Assembly: GCA_965224485.1 (NCBI GenBank)
Contig: CBDCZH010000010.1
Span: 416,001-480,000, forward strand
Direction: 5' to 3'
DNA length: 64,000 bases
Source of the DNA: Arcobacteraceae bacterium
GTDB taxonomy: Bacteria > Campylobacterota > Campylobacteria > Campylobacterales > Arcobacteraceae
Below, one piece after another: positions 41,418 through 48,800 of the stretch; position 1 is the stretch's first letter, and the number at the start of each line of letters is the position of its first letter. The notes under the pieces are model-generated. The model had not been told where the DNA came from, made no database searches, and saw nothing but the letters and a program-made list of their open reading frames with translations. The position numbers were made by a program, and so were the translations under genes.

Positions 41418-41784
41418 AATTTGGATAGAAGATAATAAAGAAAATCTAATCTTTGGTGGTGGTAAAACACAAATCTTAGAGTTTATTGATCAAAGTGGTT
41501 CAATTTCAAAAGCTGCTTTAATGTTAGGTATGAATTATAAAAAAGCCTGGTCTCATATTAAAATATTACAAGAATATATTGATGATGAATTAGTAATAGT
41601 TCAAAAAGGTAGAACATCAGGTGGAACTGTATTAACTCCAAAAGCAAAAGAGTTAATTTTTAAATATAAACAATTACAAGAAGAAGTAAAAGATTTTACT
41701 GCAAAAAGATTTGATGAATTATTTTTACAAAATGATAAAATAATTCAATGTAGCAAAGACTTAGAAAATGGAAATAATGTATAA
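41401..41784 (+). CDS. ModE-like winged-helix regulator lacking the molybdate-binding domain
   Basis: KVKIWI...FGGGKTQILEFIDQSGSISKAALMLGMNYKKAW...GGTVLTP; only 127 aa. Confidence 0.87.
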   Translation: MEAKVKIWIEDNKENLIFGGGKTQILEFIDQSGSISKAALMLGMNYKKAWSHIKILQEYIDDELVIVQKGRTSGGTVLTPKAKELIFKYKQLQEEVKDFTAKRFDELFLQNDKIIQCSKDLENGNNV

Positions 41785-42757
41785 ATTAAATCACTTAAAT
41801 ACTATAAAAGCCCAAGATTTTACTATAAAAAGTGAACTAGGTTTAGAAGCTTTAAACACAAATTTTGCTTATGAAAAGTTACAAAGAGATTTTAAAATGT
41901 TATATGGTTTTACTAATATGAATACTTTTTCATTTTCTAAAGAGGGATTTTTAGGACTATTTCTAGAACTTAATTGTGATATAGCAGTATCTTTAGGTGA
42001 GAGTGAAGTTGTAGTTCAAGCTGCTTTATTATATCAAAATTTAGGTTTTAAGCTTACTTTTATTGATATTAAAAAAGATGGGCAAATTGATTATGAGGCT
42101 TTAAAGAGTTTAACATGTGATTATTTATTTATCTCTTCTTATATAGTTGATACTTTTGTAAAAATTGATTTAAAAAAAGTACGAGAAAATTTTAAAGAAA
42201 GTATAGTTTCAAATATAAGTGCAAGTTTAAAAAAAGATATTTCAGATCTTGTATATTTTGACTCTTATAAACTATGTGGATATTTTACTCATTCACAGAT
42301 TTTACATAATGGTATTTTTAGTGAGCAAAACCTAGCTATTATTGATACTATTTCTATAAAACTTTTATATGATGCCTTAAAAAAAGAGCAAAATAAAATT
42401 ACATGCAAAAGTGCATTTATAGAAGCATTAGAGCATAATTTAAAAGATGATTGTTTCTTTTTTGTAGAGCCATTTTCTACTTTAGAAAATACCTTACATT
42501 TTGCTTTGAAAAATATTAAAGCAAGACAAATTATAAGAACATTAAGTTTAGCAAATATTTTTATAACAAATGGAGAAGGTTGCTCACTTGGTTACTCAAA
42601 ACCTTCAAGAGTTTTACAAGTTATGAAATACAGTGAAATACAAAGTAGACAGGCTATTTGTTTATCCTTTGAAAAAGACTTTGCACATGATGAAGTACAA
42701 GAAATAGTTAAAAAAATAGCAAAAGCATATAGACAAATAAAGGCCTTAAATGAATAA
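41768..42757 (+). CDS. Divergent cysteine desulfurase (NifS/IscS)-like protein
   Basis: DSYKLCG (PLP Lys position), TNGEGCS (Cys loop), PSRVLQVM...AICLSF. N-terminus short and divergent; alternative ATG at 41777. Confidence 0.7.
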   Translation: MEIMYKLNHLNTIKAQDFTIKSELGLEALNTNFAYEKLQRDFKMLYGFTNMNTFSFSKEGFLGLFLELNCDIAVSLGESEVVVQAALLYQNLGFKLTFIDIKKDGQIDYEALKSLTCDYLFISSYIVDTFVKIDLKKVRENFKESIVSNISASLKKDISDLVYFDSYKLCGYFTHSQILHNGIFSEQNLAIIDTISIKLLYDALKKEQNKITCKSAFIEALEHNLKDDCFFFVEPFSTLENTLHFALKNIKARQIIRTLSLANIFITNGEGCSLGYSKPSRVLQVMKYSEIQSRQAICLSFEKDFAHDEVQEIVKKIAKAYRQIKALNE

Positions 42758-43991
42758 GTACGTAAATTTTAATGAAGCAATTTTAAGTGCACTAAAAGTT
42801 TCAAGTATTACAAAATTAACAGAAATTATTAATATAAAAGATTCTTTAGGTAGAAGTTTAAGTAAAGATATAAAGTGTGTTAAAAACCTTCCTTCTTTTA
42901 ATAACTCAGCAATGGATGGTTTTGCTATAAGATCAAGTGAAGCTGGAAAAATATTAAAAGTTGTAAAAACTATTTTTGCAGGGCAGAGTATTGAGTCTTG
43001 TTTAAAAAACAATGAGTGTTACAAAATTATGACAGGAGCTAAAGTTCCTTCTGATGTTGATACAATTATTCCAATAGAAGATGTTCTTTTATATGAAAAT
43101 AACGAAGTTAGTATAAAAGAAGATGTTAAAAAAGGTGCTTGTTTACGTTTAAAAGGAGAAGAGAAAAAAGAGGGTAATCTTTTATTACAAAAAGGAGAAA
43201 TTCTAAATTCTTCTGTAGTTGCATTACTAGCTTCTCAAGGTCTTGTTATGGTAGAAGTTTACAAAAAACTTACAATTGCTGTTGTCTCAACTGGAAATGA
43301 GTTAATAGAACCATGGGAACAAGCAAGTGAAGATGAAATATATAATTGTAATACTTCTGCTATTTGTGCCTTATTAAAAGAAAAAGGATATGAGAGCTCA
43401 AATCTAGGTGTAGTTCCTGATTCTTTAGAAGAATCAATTTTATTTGTAAGTGGGCTTAAAAATTATGATGTGATAATCACAAGTGGTGGTATATCTATGG
43501 GTGATGCTGATTTTATGGAAGAAGCATTTGCTAAAAATTCTTTAGAAACTATTTTTCATGGGGTTAATATAAAACCAGGTCGTCCTATTATGATGGGAGT
43601 GATGAAAAAAGAGCTTAGAGAAACTTTTGTAATTTGTTTACCTGGAAATCCTTTAACAGCAATGGTAAATATGCATCTTTTTGTTTTTCCTGTATTAAAT
43701 AAAATCCAAGGTTCTTCGTACATTTACCATGATTATGAAGTAGCTATAAACAATAGTGATTTTAAAACAAAACAAGGACGTGTTAATGTTGTTTTAGGAC
43801 AAGTTGAAGCTGGAAAATTTGAAGTAGCACAAAATAATAAATATGGTTCAGGAATGATTTCTATTTTAAGTTCTAATAATTCAATTTTAGTAACAAGTGA
43901 AAATACTCCTTCTTTAAAAATTGATGAAAAAGTAAAAATTATTAAGTTCAATTGTTCTTATTTAAAAAAACAAAGAAATATTTTTAACTAA
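42750..43991 (+). CDS. moeA: Molybdopterin molybdo/tungstotransferase
   Basis: PSFNNSAMDGFA, IMTGAKVP, STGNEL, TSGGISMGDAD, IKPGRP, LPGNP. Confidence 0.95.
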   Translation: MNKYVNFNEAILSALKVSSITKLTEIINIKDSLGRSLSKDIKCVKNLPSFNNSAMDGFAIRSSEAGKILKVVKTIFAGQSIESCLKNNECYKIMTGAKVPSDVDTIIPIEDVLLYENNEVSIKEDVKKGACLRLKGEEKKEGNLLLQKGEILNSSVVALLASQGLVMVEVYKKLTIAVVSTGNELIEPWEQASEDEIYNCNTSAICALLKEKGYESSNLGVVPDSLEESILFVSGLKNYDVIITSGGISMGDADFMEEAFAKNSLETIFHGVNIKPGRPIMMGVMKKELRETFVICLPGNPLTAMVNMHLFVFPVLNKIQGSSYIYHDYEVAINNSDFKTKQGRVNVVLGQVEAGKFEVAQNNKYGSGMISILSSNNSILVTSENTPSLKIDEKVKIIKFNCSYLKKQRNIFN

Positions 43992-44073
43992 AAACTAATA
44001 TAAAAGGAAGATTTAGAAGTAAAGTATAAGGAGTAGAAAGTACTGTTTTTTTCTACGTCCCCAAAATTAAGAG

Positions 44074-44108
44074 GATATAAAATATGCAAAATTTGCATAT
44101 TTTATATC
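44074..44108. promoter_or_regulatory. Candidate operator AATATGCA-N5-TGCATATT, copy 3 (upstream of wtpA), within a perfect 17-bp-arm palindrome
   Basis: GATATAAAATATGCAAA-A-TTTGCATATTTTATATC. Confidence 0.8.
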
Positions 44109-44205
44109 TTCTTATGAATAAGAAGAGTTTATACGTTTAGTTGTCACCTTAATAGTTTTGTTAGGTGATTGATTTATTTTAAATAATATTATTTAAAGGA
44201 AAAAT

Positions 44206-45162
44206 TTGAAAAAAGTATTAGTAAGTTTAACATTAAGTGCCGTTCTAGCAGCATCATTATTAGCAAAAGAAAAAATCGTAGTATTCCATGCAGGTTCACT
44301 AGCAGTTCCTTTCTCTGCAATTGAAAAAGTATTTGAAACTAAATATCCACAATATGATGTACAAAGAGAAGCCTCTGGTTCAAGAAGTGCAGCAAGAAAA
44401 ATATCTGAAATTGGAAAAGCTGCTGATGTTATGGCATCTGCAGATTATAAAGTAATTGATTCTCTTCTTATTCCAAAAGATGCAAAGTTCAATGCTCAAT
44501 TTGCAACAAATGAAATGGCAATAGCTTTTACACCTAAAGCAAAATATGCTGATGAAATAAATGCAAATAACTGGACTGAAATTTTCTTAAGAGAGGGTGT
44601 TAAAATTGGACATTCAAACCCAAATATGGATCCTTGTGGATATAGATCTATGTTAGTTACTAAACTTGCTGAAAAACATTATAATCAAAAAGATTTATAT
44701 AAAAAATTATTTGGATATGGTGATTCTTATAAAGTTGGTGAAGAAAATAAGTCAAAAGTAATTGTAAGACCAAAAGAAACAGATTTATTAGCTTTAATTG
44801 AAGTTAATGCTTATGATTATTTATTCATTTATAAATCAGTTGCAGAACAACATGGTTTAAAATATATTACTTTACCAAAAGAAGTTTCATTAAAAGATAA
44901 TGAATTTTCTGATTTTTATAAAACAGTAAGTTTTAAAATTAATGGTAAAAAACCAGGTGAATTTATTACTAAAACAGGTGGAGCTATGGTTTATGGTATT
45001 ACAGTTGCACAAAATAAAATATCTCCTACAAATAAAAAAGGTGCTGTTAAATTTGTAAACTTTGTATTAGGAGATGAGGGTCAAGCAATTATGGCTAAAT
45101 ATGGTCAAGGAAATATATCACCAGCTCTTATTACAGGTGATGCTTCAATTATAGGAAAATAA
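44206..45162 (+). CDS. wtpA: Tungstate/molybdate ABC substrate-binding protein, WtpA type
   Basis: FHAGSLAVPF, EASGS, SADY, SNPNMDPCGYR, RPKETDL, DYLFIYKSVAEQH, YGITV. Confidence 0.85.
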   Translation: MKKVLVSLTLSAVLAASLLAKEKIVVFHAGSLAVPFSAIEKVFETKYPQYDVQREASGSRSAARKISEIGKAADVMASADYKVIDSLLIPKDAKFNAQFATNEMAIAFTPKAKYADEINANNWTEIFLREGVKIGHSNPNMDPCGYRSMLVTKLAEKHYNQKDLYKKLFGYGDSYKVGEENKSKVIVRPKETDLLALIEVNAYDYLFIYKSVAEQHGLKYITLPKEVSLKDNEFSDFYKTVSFKINGKKPGEFITKTGGAMVYGITVAQNKISPTNKKGAVKFVNFVLGDEGQAIMAKYGQGNISPALITGDASIIGK

Positions 45163-46178
45163 TGTCTTATTTGAAAATAAAGAATTTATCAAGCAAAATA
45201 GGAGACTTTTTGCTTGATAATATTAACTTAAATATAAAAAAAAATGAATATTATGTGCTATTAGGTCAAAGTGGAAGTGGTAAAACTAAACTGCTTGAAA
45301 CAATAGCTGGTTTAAATTCTTCAAGTGGTAGTATTTTTTATAAAGATATAGAAATATCATCTTTAGAAACACAAAATAGAGATATTGCTTTTGTATATCA
45401 AGATTTTGCACTTTTCCCTAATTTAAATGTTGAAAAGAATATTAAATATTCAGCACGATATAAAAAAATAGAAAATGAAAAAGAGTTATTTGATGATATT
45501 GTAGGTTTTCTAAAACTTGAACATTTATTAAAAAGAGAAACAGTACAGTTAAGTGGAGGAGAGAAACAAAGAGTTGCAATAGCAAGAGCTTTATACTCAC
45601 GTCCAAAAATTCTTCTCTTAGATGAACCTTTAAGTGCAATAGATCCAACTTTTAGAAACTCTATTATGAAATCATTAAAAGAGATTCATAAACGTTATGA
45701 TTTAACAACAATTCATGTAACACATAACTTTAGAGAGGCTTCATATTTAGCAGATAAAATTGCAATAATTATGAAAGGCAAAATTGCTCAAGTTGGACAG
45801 GCTGAAGAAGTTTTAAATAATCCAAAAAATATAAAAGTTGCAGAATTTTTAGGTTTCAAAAATATTTTCCCAGTAAGTTTTTTAAGTGAAAATTCTAGAA
45901 ATTTAGAAGGTCTTGAAAATAAAAATGAAGCTAAATATTTTTCTGTTGATCCTAATATTATCTTAGTTTCAAGCAAAGGTGAGCTTACAACTGATTTTAT
46001 TTATGAAGGTAAATTAGAAGAGTGTATGGGAATAGTAGATCATTTTAAACTTTTTGTAAATGTAAACGGTCATCAGTTTTTTATAAAAATTTTAAAAAGA
46101 GATTATGAGGGTTGTTATGCAGATACAAAAAGTCTCATTAAAATTGGGTTTAATAAAAAGGATATTTGTTTCATATGA
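45162..46178 (+). CDS. wtpC: Tungstate/molybdate ABC ATPase
   Basis: GQSGSGKT, LSGGEKQR, LLLDEP; operon context. Confidence 0.8.
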   Translation: MSYLKIKNLSSKIGDFLLDNINLNIKKNEYYVLLGQSGSGKTKLLETIAGLNSSSGSIFYKDIEISSLETQNRDIAFVYQDFALFPNLNVEKNIKYSARYKKIENEKELFDDIVGFLKLEHLLKRETVQLSGGEKQRVAIARALYSRPKILLLDEPLSAIDPTFRNSIMKSLKEIHKRYDLTTIHVTHNFREASYLADKIAIIMKGKIAQVGQAEEVLNNPKNIKVAEFLGFKNIFPVSFLSENSRNLEGLENKNEAKYFSVDPNIILVSSKGELTTDFIYEGKLEECMGIVDHFKLFVNVNGHQFFIKILKRDYEGCYADTKSLIKIGFNKKDICFI

Positions 46179-46945
46179 AAAGTAAATCATTTAATATAAC
46201 ATTAGTAGTACTTGCTTTAGTAATAGTATTTTTCTTATCCGTTCCTATTTTAAGAATGTTCATTGGAGTTGGAAGTGATAAGTTACTTATTGCTATGCAA
46301 GAAGGTGAAGTGATTTCTTCTATCTTTTTAACTATGAAAGTATCAGCTTGGGCTATGGTTTTTGTTCTCTTTACAGGTCTTCCTTTAGCTTATATACTAG
46401 CACGATATAATTTTTATGGTCGTTCTATGTTAGAAGCTTTAGTTGATATTCCAATTATGATACCTCATACAGCAGCTGGAATTGCCCTTTTAACAACATT
46501 TGGAAATAGTGAAATAGGTGATTTCTTTAAATTTTTTGGTATTGAGTTTATTGGAACTGAATATGGAATAATGATAGCAATGATGTTTCTCTCAGCTCCT
46601 TTTTTAATAAACGCAGCAAAAGATGGTTTTAGAAAAGTAGATGTAAAACTAGAAAAAGTAGCAAGAACACTAGGAGCAAGTCCTTTACAAGTATTCTTCT
46701 CAATTACTATTCCAAATGCAAAAAAAGACATTATAAATGGTGCTTTAATGATGTGGAGTAGGGGTTTAGGAGAGTTTGGTGCTGTTGTAATTTTGGTATA
46801 TCATCCAATGACAACACCAGTATTGATTTTTGATAGATTCAATTCATATGGACTATCGTTTTCAGCCCCAGTTGCAGCAGTTATTGTAGGGTTTTCAGTA
46901 GTTGTATTTGTAATAGTTCGTTTCATAACCTCTCGTCTAAAATAG
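46175..46945 (+). CDS. wtpB: Tungstate/molybdate ABC permease
   Basis: DIPIMIPHTAAGIALL, EKVARTLGAS, WSRGLGEFGAV. Confidence 0.82.
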   Translation: MKSKSFNITLVVLALVIVFFLSVPILRMFIGVGSDKLLIAMQEGEVISSIFLTMKVSAWAMVFVLFTGLPLAYILARYNFYGRSMLEALVDIPIMIPHTAAGIALLTTFGNSEIGDFFKFFGIEFIGTEYGIMIAMMFLSAPFLINAAKDGFRKVDVKLEKVARTLGASPLQVFFSITIPNAKKDIINGALMMWSRGLGEFGAVVILVYHPMTTPVLIFDRFNSYGLSFSAPVAAVIVGFSVVVFVIVRFITSRLK

Positions 46946-47245
46946 TGCCATAAAGGTGCTATTTTTGCTCTATTTCTGCGTTGGAGATTAAAATATACTC
47001 GTCACATACTTCGTGTATGCTCCTCGCATATTTTAACCTCCGCCTTGAACTAGAGCAAAACTATCACCTTTCTGACACTATTTTGGATAAGCAAATTTAC
47101 TTTTTTTGCTCTATTTCTGCGTTGCAGTTTAAAATATACTCGTCATAAACTTCCCCGTATACTCCTCACATATTTGACTACCCGCCTTGAACTAGAGCAA
47201 AACTATCACCTTTCTGACACTATTTTGGATAAGTAAATTTACTTT
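46941..47245. repeat. Structured MITE/REP-like element present as a ~142-bp tandem pair
   Basis: Copy 1 (46941-47082) has 36-nt imperfect terminal inverted repeats. The unit TTTTTGCTCTATTTCTGCGTTG...CGCCTTGAACTAGAGCAAAACTATCACCTTTCTGACACTATTTTGGATAAG is repeated at ~47103-47245. Confidence 0.85.
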
Positions 47246-47284
47246 GAATTCTAATTTTTGAAACTTACTCTTTTTTGCAAATTT

Positions 47285-47318
47285 TGTGACCAAAACTGTG
47301 ACATGTTTTCTGTATAAT
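47285..47318 (+). promoter_or_regulatory. Promoter motif TGTGAC-N6-TGTGAC-N10-TATAAT; second copy at 48326-48359
   Basis: TGTGACCAAAACTGTGACATGTTTTCTGTATAAT vs TGTGACACAAACTGTGACATGTTTTTTGTATACT. Confidence 0.7.
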
Positions 47319-47420
47319 TATTACTTAAATTATATTATTCATGAATTAAGTATTTTACTACTTAACTCAAATTAGGGTAGTTGACAGCAGAGTATTAGGA
47401 TAAAAATCAAAAGGAAAAGA

Positions 47421-47885
47421 ATGACAATTCAAGAATTGAAAGAAAAAATTGATACTAAAACATTAAATTATGTATTATTATCAATAATTACAGCAGGAAT
47501 CTATCCTATTTTATGGTTAGTTAAAAATATGGAAAGTATAGAAGATATATTTAAAACTGAGAAATCAGATAAAAATTATATTTTATGGTTAGCTATTTGT
47601 ATAGGACTTGGTGGAAGTTTAGCATCAACAGATATATTTGTAATAGAAATGATTGCAGGATTATTATCTCTAGCATCTTGGGTATTATATATTATTTGGG
47701 CATTAAAAATTAAAAAAGCACTTTTAGAATATACTTTAACTGAGTGTAAAATTAATTATAATATGAATGCAATTTATACTGTATTATTTACTACATACTA
47801 TATAAATTATTGTATTAATGAATTAAATGAAACAATGGAAAAAGAAAAATTTTTAAATACTAATTCTAACACTCCTGATAATTAA
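47421..47885 (+). CDS. DUF4234-like membrane protein
   Basis: VLLSIITAGIYPILW motif, several TMs, AAGGA RBS; followed by a G9/T-run hairpin at ~47896-47922. Confidence 0.75.
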   Translation: MTIQELKEKIDTKTLNYVLLSIITAGIYPILWLVKNMESIEDIFKTEKSDKNYILWLAICIGLGGSLASTDIFVIEMIAGLLSLASWVLYIIWALKIKKALLEYTLTECKINYNMNAIYTVLFTTYYINYCINELNETMEKEKFLNTNSNTPDN

Positions 47886-48033
47886 CATATATAAGAAAAA
47901 GGGGGGGGGTAACCCTTTTTTTAACTTGAATACTCTTCCACTTCAATAATAGTTTCTTGAATAATTATGTCTTCAAACTATATCTACGAAGTAGACAAAA
48001 AATTTATTCCGTTGATTGCTACATCTGCAAGAG

Positions 48034-48213
48034 CTAAATATTTTTTATTGATTTACGTAACCCAAAAATTTCTGTTTGACCGTTAATAAAGATGCCCACA
48101 GGCATGTTTTAGGAAGTTATATTTTTAAGTAAATCAATAAAAAATATTTAGGAAGCCTTTAGGCCGATGAAGCGTAGTTGTTTTTGCTTACTTTTTGTCA
48201 ATACAAAAGTAAG
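48034..48213. repeat. Non-coding structured element (23-bp perfect inverted repeat plus a second hairpin)
   Basis: CTAAATATTTTTTATTGATTTAC (48034-48056) / GTAAATCAATAAAAAATATTTAG (48129-48151); CTTACTTTT...AAAAGTAAG (48187-48213). Confidence 0.7.
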
Positions 48214-48800
48214 AAAGCGGGAACTGAAAGTTTACAAGAGTAAAAGCCAGTTATTTCAAACTATTTTTAAATATAAACTAATAAATATATTATAATTTTT
48301 CAAATCATATCCCTTTTTTCTTTTTTGTGACACAAACTGTGACATGTTTTTTGTATACTAATATCAAAGTGTAAATTTAAACTTTAGTTTTAAAAAGGAC
48401 ATTATGTCCTTTTAACACAGAATTCAACAATTAGTAGCCATTTTTGTCCAAATAACAAGTATTTTAGCTTTAAATGGACTTCAATTTTAATGAAAATTAT
48501 TGAAAAAGAACAAAATATTCAAAATATCACTATTTTTCATTATTATAGGTACATAAATGATGTCTATTAATACTGTATATTTGTGTTAATAGGTATAGAG
48601 TGTTCCATGAATAAATAGTTATGTGACGGATTCAAAGAAAAAGTTTTAATAAGAAACTTGAGCTCTAAAAATAAAGAAATACTATTTAAAAAGAAATAAA
48701 GTTGTATGGATCTACTAATAATCTCATAATTAAAGATGAAACAAATCTTTTATATTAGTAGTAAATATAAGATGATGAAAATACAATATAAAGTGAATAT

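Noticed and set aside
43992..44205. Moco/tungsten-cofactor riboswitch upstream of wtpA
   Set aside because: Hairpins are present, but the conserved riboswitch sequence blocks are not recognisable; the DNA palindrome explains the main symmetry.
46941..47245. CRISPR array
   Set aside because: Only two ~142-bp units with homologous interiors, no unique spacers and no cas genes.
48400..48600. Integron integrase remnant upstream of the candidate attI
   Set aside because: The minus-strand frames I read are short and show no tyrosine-recombinase motifs.
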